A stretch of 64,000 nt of DNA from an uncultured Gemmatimonadaceae bacterium (GTDB lineage Bacteria > Gemmatimonadota > Gemmatimonadetes > Gemmatimonadales > Gemmatimonadaceae). The stretch lies in assembly GCA_963829055.1 (NCBI GenBank), contig CAWHHI010000016.1:992001-1056000 (forward strand), written 5' to 3'. The translations under genes and the position numbers were made by a program. The number at the start of each line of letters is the position of its first letter. Position 1 is the first letter of the stretch. Below the pieces are notes generated by a model. The model was not told the DNA's origin. It searched no databases and saw only the letters and a program-made list of their open reading frames with translations. Positions 1 to 9,947 of this stretch are shown in pieces.

Positions 1-1638
1 CCATCGCACCGATGCGTCGGCGTCGTCCCCCGGCCGCAGCGTCCGTCGTAGCGCGTCACCTGCGCTCTGCATGCGCCGCGCGATGCCGCGCAGCTCGTTC
101 AGCAGCGGCGCGACCGCTTCGGCGCGCGCCGCGTCGGTCTCGATCCGCTCGCGCACGACGCGGAGACCATCATGCAACAGCTCGACTTCGCCGAGGAGTT
201 CGGTGAGTGCGAGGTCGAGCCCACTGCGCCAGATGCGATGCTTCGCGAAATCCTCGGTGAGCCGCATGACGGGCAAGCCCGTCTCGTCCAACAGCGTTGT
301 GAGAAGATCGAACACGAGCCCGCTGCGGTCGCGCGCCGCGAGCACGGCCGGAGCGAGCTTCGTCCGCGCGAGATCGAGGCTCGCGATGCTGAGCAGGTCC
401 TTCCCCTCCGCGAGCCGCGCCATGAGGGCTGGGAGAATTCCCTTCCCCGTCCGATCGAGCCGAGCGAAGAGTCGCTGCAGCGAACGACGCGTGACCGTGG
501 CGCCGAGGTGCGCGGCAGCAGCGTCCTCGATGTGATGCCCTTCGTCGACGACGAGCCTCGCGTAGGCCGGCAGCACCGCCGCATCGTCCCAGTTCTGCGA
601 GACTCGGCGCACGGCCACGTCCGACATCAGCAGGTGGTGATTCACCACGATGACATCCGCCTGAGCGGCCTTCCGCCGCGCCGCGAACAGGAAGCAGCGC
701 TCGTAATGCGGGCAGCGCATCCGCGTGCACAGGTCGGGCTCGGCCGAGACCTCGTCCCACACCTCACCTCGCGGCGGCGCCGGCAGATCGCTCAGCGACC
801 CGTCGGTGGTACGCTCCGCCCACGCCGACAGCGTCGCGATCTCGTTGCCTAACGATTCCTCGAACAGCGCCGCGCCCGTCGACCGGGCCTGCTCGAGTCG
901 CATGAGGCAGAGGTAGTTGCGCCACCCTTTGAGCAGCGCAAACCGCACCGGCTGATCCGACAGCGCACGCGCGAGAAACGGCAGGTCCTTCCCGACGAGC
1001 TGCTCCTGGAGGTTGATCGTGTTCGTCGAGACGACCGTGCGCTCGCCGTTCGCCGCCGCCCACCGCAGCGCCGGGATCAGATAGCCGAGCGACTTTCCGA
1101 TGCCCGTGCCCGCCTCGAGCAGCCCGACGCCGCCGTCGTTGTACAGCTTCGCGATGGTTGCCGCGAGCTCGCGCTGCGCCGGTCGATCCTCGTACTTGGG
1201 CAGCAGTCGCGCGATGGGGCCGTGAGGACCGAGGTCAGCGTCGATGGCCGTGATGTCGAGCGGCGTATCGGGATCTTCCCGCGGCACCTCGACGACGACG
1301 TAGAGCTCGCGGGCGTCGTTGTCGATGATGCCGAACCCGATGCCGTCATCGTGCATGCGCGCGGCGACTTCGTAGTCGGCGCCGGAGGGTTCGAGCAGCC
1401 CTGACGGATGGTTGTGCACGAGCATCTCGCCGCGCTGCGCGAAGCCGGGCAGCGCGAGCACGCTCTGCACGTCGCCACGAGCGACGACACGCGCGGTGCG
1501 CACGATGGCGTCGTCATCGAGGGTGCAGACGAAGCACACTTCGCGTCCGCCGGCGAGCCGGATGGCGGCGCGCATGGCGGCAGCGGCGGACGACGCCAGG
1601 CGGGACTGACGCGGCTCGGAAACGGCGGTCGGGGGCAC
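1..1638 (-). CDS. DinG-family Fe-S helicase with N-terminal RadC-like JAB domain (runs off left edge)
   Basis: Manual translation (absent from the ORF track because it is truncated): GREVCF...MLVHNHPSGLLEPSGAD (JAB motif), Q-motif YEDRPAQ, Walker A EAGTGIGKS, STNTINLQEQL, NYLC...CTRMRCPHYERC, VVNHHLL, VVDEGHH. Start GTG 1638 or ATG 1575. Confidence 0.9.
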   Translation of the reverse strand, partial: MPPTAVSEPRQSRLASSAAAAMRAAIRLAGGREVCFVCTLDDDAIVRTARVVARGDVQSVLALPGFAQRGEMLVHNHPSGLLEPSGADYEVAARMHDDGIGFGIIDNDARELYVVVEVPREDPDTPLDITAIDADLGPHGPIARLLPKYEDRPAQRELAATIAKLYNDGGVGLLEAGTGIGKSLGYLIPALRWAAANGERTVVSTNTINLQEQLVGKDLPFLARALSDQPVRFALLKGWRNYLCLMRLEQARSTGAALFEESLGNEIATLSAWAERTTDGSLSDLPAPPRGEVWDEVSAEPDLCTRMRCPHYERCFLFAARRKAAQADVIVVNHHLLMSDVAVRRVSQNWDDAAVLPAYARLVVDEGHHIEDAAAAHLGATVTRRSLQRLFARLDRTGKGILPALMARLAEGKDLLSIASLDLARTKLAPAVLAARDRSGLVFDLLTTLLDETGLPVMRLTEDFAKHRIWRSGLDLALTELLGEVELLHDGLRVVRERIETDAARAEAVAPLLNELRGIARRMQSAGDALRRTLRPGDDADASVRW

Positions 1639-1674
1639 CCGGAAAACTTACAGCGCCGACGACGACCGCGACGA

Positions 1675-2997
1675 TCAGGTCTTCAGAGGCTTCTTCTTCG
1701 CCGCCGGGAATAGCACGTTGTTCAGGATGAGCCGGTACCCAGGCGACGTCGGATGCAATGAAAGGTCCGTCGGTGCGTTCCCGATGTTGTGCTGCGGGTC
1801 TTCCGGATCGTGCCCACCGAGATACGTGAACGATCCCTTCCCGTAATCGCCGTGGATGTACTTCACCCACGGCGCGCCTTCCTCGTACGCGAGCACCGTG
1901 ATCCCCGGCTTGATCACCGCTTTGTTGAAGCTCGTGGTCACGCCGTAGTAGTCAGGGATCACCGTTCGATGATCCTGCACGAGCATCGTAGCGACCGGAT
2001 CGAATTTGGCCGAGAACGCGAACAGCGTGAACTGGCCGAGCGGCTGTCGGCGTGCCGGGACGTTGACCTGATGGCCGTCGATGTCGCTCATCGAGTTCGT
2101 GAACGGCGACTGCTCCACGTGGACGTCGCGGAATGCCATCGCGCGCTTCCAGTCCATCCGCGAATCGACATCCTCGTCGATCGGCGTGCCGTCCGCGTAC
2201 GCCGCAGCGATGTCCGCGTTATGCGCCGCGATCGCGAGCTCGAGCGTCTCTGTCGCCCCGCACATCGCGAACAGGAACCCACCGCCCTCCACGTACTGCC
2301 GCATCCGCTCCGCCACCGCCTTCTTGAGCGCGGGAATCGTGGCGAAGCCGAGTCGCTTCGCCGCGTCCAGGTTACGCTCACGCTGCTCGACGAACCACGG
2401 CGCATCGCGGAATCCGAGGTACAGCTTGTTCAGCTGACCCGTGAAGTCCTCATGGAACAGGTGAATCCAGTCGTACTTCCGCAGGTCGCCGTTCATGACT
2501 TCGTCGTCCCACACCGTCGTGTACTCGATGCCAGCATACTTGAGCGCGAGCGTCACGGCGTCGTCCCAGGGTGGTGACTTGGGCGGCGTGTAGATCGCGA
2601 TCTTCGGCGCCTTCTCGAGCGTCACCGCGTCCATGTTGCCGCTCGAGATCTCCGCGCGCACCTGTGCCAGCCTGCCGTCGTCGATCGGCTCAATGCTGAT
2701 GCCGTCGAGCGTCGCGCGTTTGCGCATTTCCGGCGTATCCGGGAGGAGGAACGACCCGCCGCGGTAGTTGATGAACCACTCGGCGCGGTCACCTGCCTTG
2801 AGCGCATTGAACGTCAGCCCGTACGCCTTGAGATGGTTCTGCTGCGCGTCGTCCATCGGCACGAGCAGATGCTGCGCACCAGCGAGCGACGAGACACCTG
2901 CGAGTGCCAGCAGAACGGACAGGCCGGTCGTTACGCGCGTCAGGCGTCCGACAGCGCGTCGCGAGTGGGACAGCCTAACGAGTTTGTGTCGAGTCAT
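1675..2997 (-). CDS. Secreted class I glutamine-amidotransferase-like protein (family often labelled 'asparagine synthetase B')
   Basis: Signal peptide; motifs QQNHLKAYG, PWDDAVTLAL, HEDFTGQ, GGFLFAMCGAT, GGHDPED, SPGYRLILNN; ATG overlaps the upstream stop. Confidence 0.7.
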   Translation of the reverse strand: MTRHKLVRLSHSRRAVGRLTRVTTGLSVLLALAGVSSLAGAQHLLVPMDDAQQNHLKAYGLTFNALKAGDRAEWFINYRGGSFLLPDTPEMRKRATLDGISIEPIDDGRLAQVRAEISSGNMDAVTLEKAPKIAIYTPPKSPPWDDAVTLALKYAGIEYTTVWDDEVMNGDLRKYDWIHLFHEDFTGQLNKLYLGFRDAPWFVEQRERNLDAAKRLGFATIPALKKAVAERMRQYVEGGGFLFAMCGATETLELAIAAHNADIAAAYADGTPIDEDVDSRMDWKRAMAFRDVHVEQSPFTNSMSDIDGHQVNVPARRQPLGQFTLFAFSAKFDPVATMLVQDHRTVIPDYYGVTTSFNKAVIKPGITVLAYEEGAPWVKYIHGDYGKGSFTYLGGHDPEDPQHNIGNAPTDLSLHPTSPGYRLILNNVLFPAAKKKPLKT

Positions 2998-4694
2998 ATC
3001 GATGGAACGCTTTGCTTGGCCAAGTCGAGCTCGTGCCGGGCTTGCGGCACGAGCGCGCTTCGCGGATAGGTGAGAATCATGTGTTCGAGACGCTGAACCG
3101 CGGCCGCGGTGTCCCCGCGACGCCGCAGCACCCGCGCCCATTCCAGTTCCGCCTCCGCCGCTTCCGGGGCCGACGAATACTGCTCGCTGACCTGCTGCCA
3201 GATGCTGACCGCCGTACTGTCATCATGCCGCGCTGCAGCAATGCGGGCCGCCGCGTTGAGCATCAGCGCCGCAGCATCCGGAACCTTCGGGGCAGCGGCT
3301 TGGAGCTTGGTCGTCGCGCCAGCGCTGTCTCCACGCACGAGTGCCAGGAACGCACTCCCGACGTCCGGCGCGCTGTCGACCTTCGTGCGCGCCAGGAGCG
3401 CGAGCGCCAGGACGAGATCCGGCTCCGTCTCGCCGGCCCGCTTGAGGATTCGTCGAGCCGAACGCAGATCGCCCTCGTACAACGAGATCCACCCCATCGT
3501 GCGATCTTCTTCCTCGCCCATGGGCGTCGTGCCCATCGCGGCCCGCGCCTTCGCGAGATCACCCGCGCGTACCCATCCCCACGCCGCCATCCGCACGAGC
3601 CTAACGCGATCCAGCGAATCCAGGCGACTCGAGTTTGCGCTGATCAGCGCCTCCGCTTCGGCGGCGCGGCCGAGTGCGCTCAACGCGCGCACTCGGATGG
3701 GGAGGACCGATCGCACACTCGCGGAGTCGCTGGCGTCGGCATACGGTGCGAGTAACGCGACCGCCGACGCCGGATCGCCGCCACTCAACGCATCGTTCGC
3801 GGCACGCACCGCGAGCTCGCGCGTGGGCTTCCGCGCCAGCGCCGCCGCGAACGCATCGCGTGCGACCAGCCACGCGCCCGATCCCTCGGCTTCGTCGCCG
3901 AACTCCGTCCACGCCTTCAGGGCGTCTTCGCTCGGCGGCAGATCCTTGAGCGCAAGCCAGCCCTCGCGCGCCGAGCGCCAGCGCAGCTCGAGCAGCGCCA
4001 GCGCGCGCCGTGACGGAACCTCCACGGGAGCGGCACGGAATACCTGACGCACGGTAGCCCGCAGCGAGTCCGGCGTCGGGAATAGCGAGAACACCGCCGC
4101 CTGATCGAGATACGGCGATGTCGCCATTGCCTCACGCCAACTACGCGCGGATAACTCCCAGAGGCCGGTCGCGGCCCTGAGCTGCGCCATCTCGACCGTG
4201 ATGTCGCGTGTTCCGCCTAACGCCCGCTGAGCGCGCTGCAGCACCGTATCGGCGCTCGCCGACCGGCCATCGTCGAGCAGAAGCCGCGCGTACTCGCGGT
4301 ACGGTGCGGCGTCCCGAGGCGCGAGTTGCACCCATCGCTCGAACGCCGCCGCGGCAGCCGCGTCGCGATGCAGGTATGACAGCGTGCGGAGTTGTATCGT
4401 GCGCAGCATCGGTTCCTGCGGGTACTTCGCCAGCAGGGTGTCGAGCAGCGGCACGATGGAGTCTCGCTTGCCCAGCTGGTCGTACACGCGCTCGATGCCG
4501 AGAATCGATCCCGTGAGCGACCCATCGAGCGCGGCGCGGTACGCGGCGAGCGCTTCGCGCCACTTCCCCGCTTGCTCGAGCTCGAGCGCGCGCATCGGCA
4601 AGCCTGGTTGTGCCTGCGCCCGCGCCATTGCCGGCGCGAGCGCCATCACCCATGCGACCCTGAACGCGAACGCGGCGCTACGGCTTCTCCGCAT
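2994..4694 (-). CDS. Secreted tetratricopeptide-repeat protein
   Basis: Signal peptide, Ala-rich helical repeats, C-terminal BamD/YfiO-like 'LEHMILTYPRSALVPQAR'. Confidence 0.75.
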   Translation of the reverse strand: MRRSRSAAFAFRVAWVMALAPAMARAQAQPGLPMRALELEQAGKWREALAAYRAALDGSLTGSILGIERVYDQLGKRDSIVPLLDTLLAKYPQEPMLRTIQLRTLSYLHRDAAAAAAFERWVQLAPRDAAPYREYARLLLDDGRSASADTVLQRAQRALGGTRDITVEMAQLRAATGLWELSARSWREAMATSPYLDQAAVFSLFPTPDSLRATVRQVFRAAPVEVPSRRALALLELRWRSAREGWLALKDLPPSEDALKAWTEFGDEAEGSGAWLVARDAFAAALARKPTRELAVRAANDALSGGDPASAVALLAPYADASDSASVRSVLPIRVRALSALGRAAEAEALISANSSRLDSLDRVRLVRMAAWGWVRAGDLAKARAAMGTTPMGEEEDRTMGWISLYEGDLRSARRILKRAGETEPDLVLALALLARTKVDSAPDVGSAFLALVRGDSAGATTKLQAAAPKVPDAAALMLNAAARIAAARHDDSTAVSIWQQVSEQYSSAPEAAEAELEWARVLRRRGDTAAAVQRLEHMILTYPRSALVPQARHELDLAKQSVPSI

Positions 4695-7600
4695 TGATGC
4701 GCTTGAAGTAATCGAGCACGAGGCGCCGCTCCTCCGGCGTCAGCCCGCGGAGGTCGTTCCAGTTCGGCGGCGCGAACCGCGACGCGGCCTTGCCACTGGC
4801 TGACGCGTTAGGTGGCAGGAACAGCTCGTTCCCGGTCGCCGCCTTCGCCTCGCGTTTGCCGTTATCCTCGCGCTCGTCGCGTTCCAGCGTGCGACCGGCG
4901 TCGAGCATGCGGCGGAACAACCGCTGCTGCCGTTCGATCACGGTAGGATCGAGGCCGCCGCTCTCCAGTGCCTGCGCGAGCTGCCGCGCTTCCTTGGCCA
5001 ACTCCTCCGCGCGCCCGGTCCGGTCATTGTCGCTCATGTCATCGAGCGACGACGCGACGTCGCGCTGTTGCCGCCCGAGCTGACGCGCCTGCTCGCGGCC
5101 CTGTTGGTCCATCTGCGACCCTGGCCGCGGAATGAGCTGCGCCGTCTGCGAGTTCAGCGACCCTTGCTGCTGCGCCATGTCCTTGAGCTGCTCGAGCATT
5201 TCCGAGAATCCGGATGCGGAGTTCGCGTTCTTCGCGCGTTCCCGGTCGCGTACCAGGGTTGCCGCCGCCTGGTTCAGCGCTTCGGACGCGTCACGCATGG
5301 ACCCCGCCGCCTGCTCGCTCTGGCGCGCGTTCGCGAGATCACGCGTCGCCTGTTCGACCTTCTGCTGCGCGTCCCCCACCGACCGCTGTGCGCGCGGCGA
5401 GAACAGCGACGACTTCTGTCCCGCTTCACCGAGACGCTTGCCGGCCTGTTGCACGCCCTGCTGCAGCGCGCTCTGCTCCGCCTGCAGCGATGCCTTGTCA
5501 GCTCCCTGGCGCGCCTTCTGTTCGAGCTGCTCCTGCTGCCGCGAGAGCTGCAGCATTTCCTGGATCGACTGATCGAGCTCGCCGGTCAGCTCCTGCTTCC
5601 AGGCATCGATCTGCTTTTCTCGCGCGTCGGAGAGCTGGTCAGCCGCCCGCTGCATGGCATCCGCCGCGTCGTTCGCCGCCTTCTGCCCAGCGCTCTGTTG
5701 TTGTCCCTGCTGCTGCCCCTGCGCGCCCGGCTGCTGCCCTTGCTGCTGACCCTGACCGGGCTGCTGGCCCTGCTGTTGTCCCTGCTGACCAGGCTGTCCC
5801 TGTTGGCTCTGCTGACCCTGTTGGCCTTGCTGTCCTTCCTGTTTCTGCGCACCGGGCTGACTCTGCTCCTGCCCCTTCTGGCCCTGGGCACTCTTCTCCT
5901 GCGCGCTCTTTTCCTGCCCTTTCTCACCCTGCTGTCCGTTTTGCTGCTGGGCGTTCTGCTGCTGTTGTTGTTGCTGGCCAGCCTGCTGCTGACCAGCCTG
6001 CGGCTGGCCGTTCTGCGGCCTCTGCTCACCAGGTTGCTGCTGCTGGCGTTGCTGGTTCTGCTGCGACTCCGCGGACCGCTGCTCCTGTTGCTGCTGATCA
6101 CGCGCCGCGCGCTGCATGGCCTCGGCCGATTCCTTCACCTGCTGATTCGCGTCGTTGACGCCCTTCGCTCCCGGCTCCGCGTTCTCGCGCTGCAGCCGCT
6201 TCTGGAGCTCCTCGATCTGCTTCGCGAGATCGCGTGACCTGTCGGCGAGCTCGCGCGCGTCCTTCTGCGCTTCCTGCTTCTGCGCCGCCTCGCGCGCCTT
6301 CGCCATCGAATCCGCGTTCGCGCGCTCGTCCTTCGAGATGTCCTTCGCCTCTTCCTTCAGCGTTTGCATTGACCCTTCGAGCGCGGCGCGCTTCAACATC
6401 TCCACGCTCTTCTCGAGCTGCTCGCGGAGCTTCTGCTGCTGCTGCGCGAGGTCGCCCATGGCCTTCTGGGCATCCTCGGCCGACAGCTTCTGCGCCGATG
6501 CTTCCAGTTGGCGCAGCTTCTCCGCAAGCTCCGGCGTCAGTGCGTCGCGCAGGAGCTTCTGCGTTTCCTGCAGTCGCTGAGCTAGCGCGCTATCGAGCGC
6601 GCCCGTCTGCTTGAGCTGCTTCTCGAGCTGCTCCGCCGTCTTCTGCAGCTGCTGCATGCGCTCGGCGAGCTCGCGTTGCTCTTTCGCGAGCGCCTGCGCC
6701 TGCTGCGCCGACTCGTAGGACATCGAGTTCGTGCCCTTGGCCGAGCTGTTCTTGTCACCGGTCTTCGGCGTCGCGGGGCGCTGCCGTGCGCGCGCGGCTT
6801 CGGCGGTCCGCTGCTGCAGCGATTTCTGCGCGGCGGCGGCGGCCTGTGCACGTTGCACTGCGGAATCCGCGGCGGCACGCACGTTGGCGCGCGCCTCCGT
6901 CATGCCGGGAACGCGGAGCACCAGCTCGCGGCTCGACCCGCTCTGTCGCCACGGCGAGGCATCCACCGCGACCGCAACGATGTGCACAGCCTCGCCGGCC
7001 TCCACACCTAACGACGGCAGGGAGAGCGCCGCATCACCCGTCCACTGCGTAGTCGCCCGGGACACGAGCGTGCGACTCGTCTCCGGCAGCGCCGCTGCAC
7101 CCTCCGGCACGCGCCAGACGCGAAGCGCGACGCTGCCGATCCCGTGATCGTCGGTCGCGAGAAAGGACAGCGGAATCGTGTCGAGCGCCGAGACCGTGGT
7201 GTCCGTAGCCGGCGCGAGAATCTCGATCTTCGGCGCCGAGTCGGGGATGACTTCGAACTCGAGCGCGGCCGGCACGTCGGCGATAGGACCGCCGACACCG
7301 GCCGCATTCCACTCGTAGCGTCCGGTCTGGCTCACCGGCAGACGCCCAGTGAACGCGCGGCCGGTCGTCGTTAGGTGGAGTGTGTCCTTGCCGCGAGCGA
7401 GCGCGACACGCGTGAGCTCTGTCGACGAGTGTCCGGAGATGGCGAGGACGGTGCCACGCGGGAGTTGCGCCGCTTCGCCGACCGGCAGTGTCTCGTCACG
7501 TCGATCCAGGTACTTCGGGAATGTCGCCGTGATCGCAACGTCACCGATGAATGGGCGTTCGACCATCTCCAGCGCCGCGGTATCGCTCACCGTGCGACCA

Positions 7601-8364
7601 TCGGTCGCGAAGAGCGCGAGATCCGCATCCATCGGCGCGAGCCGCACCTTCGCCACGCCATCGCGGACCTCGTGTTGCGACGCTCGCCACGCGGATCCCT
7701 TCGCGCGTTGATACACCGTGATCCGGCGGCGATCGGGCGCAGAGATCGCGAGTGCGACGCGTTCGCCGCGAAGCACGGTCTTCGGCGCGCGCTGCACGGA
7801 GATCGGGGCGAGCAACGTCCCTGTCCACGCCCGCACCGGATGCGCGATGGCCTGCCACCCGTCGGGCGTCGCGGACGAGCGCGTCGCGAGCAGCAGAATG
7901 CCGACGCCGCACGCCGCGGCGGCGCCCCCGACGCGAACCAGCGCGCGACGCGTGAGCGTAGGCGTCAACGACTTCCCACCCGACTTCTCGTTCAACCGGC
8001 GTGCTACCTGCTCGGCGTTGTAGCGTCCGAGTGTTCCGGTGCTCGCGACTTCCAGCGCGCCGCGCAGCGCGCCGGCCCGAAGCGACTGCTCCCGTTCGAC
8101 CTCGAACGCGAGCCCATTCACCGACGCATCGCGCGCGAGACGCCGACGCGTCCACCAGATCCCTGCCACGGCCACGATCACGACCGCGAGCCACACGATG
8201 AACGGGACGACTCTCGGAAGATCGATCCAGCGCGCACGACCGAGCGCGACGACGCCGGCTGCGAGCAGCAGCGCCGCGCAGCCGATGGCCGCCGCGCCGC
8301 CCGTCGCCGCGATGAGACGAGAAAGCCGGCCGCGCTCGCGGTTGACGAGGTCGATGACCGTCAT
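4678..8364 (-). CDS. DUF4175-like membrane-anchored coiled-coil protein with Gln-rich linker
   Basis: N-terminal TM helices, Ig-like 'ATDDHGI' region, long coiled coils, C-terminal 'LVLDYFKRI'; ATG at 8364 overlaps the upstream stop. Confidence 0.75.
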   Translation of the reverse strand: MTVIDLVNRERGRLSRLIAATGGAAAIGCAALLLAAGVVALGRARWIDLPRVVPFIVWLAVVIVAVAGIWWTRRRLARDASVNGLAFEVEREQSLRAGALRGALEVASTGTLGRYNAEQVARRLNEKSGGKSLTPTLTRRALVRVGGAAAACGVGILLLATRSSATPDGWQAIAHPVRAWTGTLLAPISVQRAPKTVLRGERVALAISAPDRRRITVYQRAKGSAWRASQHEVRDGVAKVRLAPMDADLALFATDGRTVSDTAALEMVERPFIGDVAITATFPKYLDRRDETLPVGEAAQLPRGTVLAISGHSSTELTRVALARGKDTLHLTTTGRAFTGRLPVSQTGRYEWNAAGVGGPIADVPAALEFEVIPDSAPKIEILAPATDTTVSALDTIPLSFLATDDHGIGSVALRVWRVPEGAAALPETSRTLVSRATTQWTGDAALSLPSLGVEAGEAVHIVAVAVDASPWRQSGSSRELVLRVPGMTEARANVRAAADSAVQRAQAAAAAQKSLQQRTAEAARARQRPATPKTGDKNSSAKGTNSMSYESAQQAQALAKEQRELAERMQQLQKTAEQLEKQLKQTGALDSALAQRLQETQKLLRDALTPELAEKLRQLEASAQKLSAEDAQKAMGDLAQQQQKLREQLEKSVEMLKRAALEGSMQTLKEEAKDISKDERANADSMAKAREAAQKQEAQKDARELADRSRDLAKQIEELQKRLQRENAEPGAKGVNDANQQVKESAEAMQRAARDQQQQEQRSAESQQNQQRQQQQPGEQRPQNGQPQAGQQQAGQQQQQQQNAQQQNGQQGEKGQEKSAQEKSAQGQKGQEQSQPGAQKQEGQQGQQGQQSQQGQPGQQGQQQGQQPGQGQQQGQQPGAQGQQQGQQQSAGQKAANDAADAMQRAADQLSDAREKQIDAWKQELTGELDQSIQEMLQLSRQQEQLEQKARQGADKASLQAEQSALQQGVQQAGKRLGEAGQKSSLFSPRAQRSVGDAQQKVEQATRDLANARQSEQAAGSMRDASEALNQAAATLVRDRERAKNANSASGFSEMLEQLKDMAQQQGSLNSQTAQLIPRPGSQMDQQGREQARQLGRQQRDVASSLDDMSDNDRTGRAEELAKEARQLAQALESGGLDPTVIERQQRLFRRMLDAGRTLERDEREDNGKREAKAATGNELFLPPNASASGKAASRFAPPNWNDLRGLTPEERRLVLDYFKRINAEKP
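5690..6100 (-). repeat. Low-complexity Gln/Gly-rich coding tract (CAG-rich)
   Basis: Encodes QQGQQPGQGQQQGQQ... within the DUF4175-like CDS. Confidence 0.8.
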
Positions 8365-9060
8365 GCCGTGGGGCGGCTCGTAACCGCGTAGACGAACAGA
8401 TTCACGCCCATGCGCAATGCCGCCTCGTGTAACTCGGGTGGATCGGAGTACGTGCCGGGATCTTCCCATCCGTTTCCGAGATCGGACGAGAAGTCGTAGT
8501 AGACCGCGAGTCGGTCGCCGATGAACACGCCGAGTCCACGCGCGGGCTTGCCGTCGTGCTCGTGGATCTTCGGGACGCCCTGCGGAAAGTCGTACACCAA
8601 ATGATAGATCGGGTGCGTGAGCGGCACATCGACGAGCGGCCGATCCGGGAACACCCGCGCGATCTCGCGCCGGAAGTTCGCGTCGAGACCGTAGTTGTCG
8701 CTGACGTGGAGGAAACCGCCGCGCAATAGATACTGGCGCAGTCGATCGACCTCGGCGTCACTCAGTCTGATGTCCCCGTGACCCGTGACGTGGAGGAACG
8801 CGTAATCCCACAACCGCTCATCCATGAGCGTAACGCGCCCCTCCGTCTTGTCGACCTTGAGCGACGTTCGGTCGTTCACGGCCTCGATGAGATTCGGGAT
8901 ACTCGACGGATTGCCGTACCAGTCGCCGCCTTCGTACTGCAGTCGGGCGATGGCGAGACGCGGCCCTTTGTGAGCCGCGCCGACGACCGCGAGCGCCAAC
9001 AGCGCCGCGAAGAGTGCTCGTGCAGTTCGTGCGGTTCGTGCGTGCTGGTGCTTTTCTCAT
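8361..9060 (-). CDS. DUF4159 domain protein (probable indel near start)
   Basis: ARLQYEGGDWY, VTGHG, LRQYLLRGGFLHVSDNY, HPIYH, SDLGNGWE, ALRMGVN. The ATGA-overlap start at 9060 is out of frame with the body (8361..8999). Confidence 0.85.
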
Positions 9061-9947
9061 GCTTCGTGAGCGAGTCGGTAGGCCAGATTGCGGGACGCAC
9101 CATCGTCTCGAACGAGCGCGGCGGCGACGTCTCTCGCGCTGAGCCCGGAGTCACGGAGCGACCGTGCACGCGAGCGCAGCTCGTCTTCGTCGAGCGGTTG
9201 CGAAGTCATGCCCTCGAGCACGAGCACGACCTCCCCGCGCGGCGACGATCCATCGTAATACGCCGCAAGCTCCGCGACCGTTCCGCGCCGGACTTCCTCG
9301 AACTGTTTCGTCAACTCCCGGGCCACGACAGCCCGTCGTCCTCCGCCACCACGGCGCTGCAATTCGTCGAGCGTCGCGAACACGCGATTCGGCGACTCGT
9401 ACAGTACGGCCGTGTGCCGCAGAGCGCTCAGCTCTCCGAGCGCCTCCTCGCGTTCACGGCCCTTTCGGGCGAGAAACCCATAGAACGTGAATCGATCGCT
9501 CGCGATGCCGGAACTTACGAGCGCGGCGAGGAGCGCGGACGGGCCAGGAACAGGAACGACGGGAATACCAGCCTCCGCAGCATCGCGGACGAGCCGCGCG
9601 CCCGGATCGGAGAGCAGCGGCGTTCCGGCATCGGAGATCAACGCGACGTCCGTCCCATCGCGAAGACGAGCCAACGCACTCTCGGTTGCACGCGCCTCGT
9701 TATGCTCGTGATACGACATCATTCTCGTCGAGATGCCGTGGTGTACGAGCAGGTTTCGGGAATGGCGCGTGTCTTCGGCCAGAATGAGATGGACGCTCCG
9801 CAGGACGTGGATCGCGCGCAGGGTGATGTCCTGCATGTTGCCGATCGGCGTGCTGACGACGTAAAGCGAACCCGTTCGGACCGTCGTGCCGCCGACCTCA
9901 CTCGCTGTTTCGACCGCGTCGAGCTCGGCATCACCTGGCTCTACCAC
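9057..9947 (-). CDS. rsmI: 16S rRNA (cytidine1402-2'-O)-methyltransferase
   Basis: LYVVSTPIGNMQDIT, AEDTR, SDAGTPLLSDPG, YESPNR, RELTKQFEE, PRGEVV. Confidence 0.95.
   Translation of the reverse strand: MVEPGDAELDAVETASEVGGTTVRTGSLYVVSTPIGNMQDITLRAIHVLRSVHLILAEDTRHSRNLLVHHGISTRMMSYHEHNEARATESALARLRDGTDVALISDAGTPLLSDPGARLVRDAAEAGIPVVPVPGPSALLAALVSSGIASDRFTFYGFLARKGREREEALGELSALRHTAVLYESPNRVFATLDELQRRGGGGRRAVVARELTKQFEEVRRGTVAELAAYYDGSSPRGEVVLVLEGMTSQPLDEDELRSRARSLRDSGLSARDVAAALVRDDGASRNLAYRLAHEA

Noticed and set aside
5068..6237. 389-aa Leu-rich plus-strand ORF resembling a membrane protein
   Set aside because: It is the antisense shadow of the CAG-rich Gln tract in the DUF4175-like gene.
9015..9045. 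9-bp repeats at the DUF4159 start as a phase-variation switch
   Set aside because: A unit length of 9 cannot change the reading frame.
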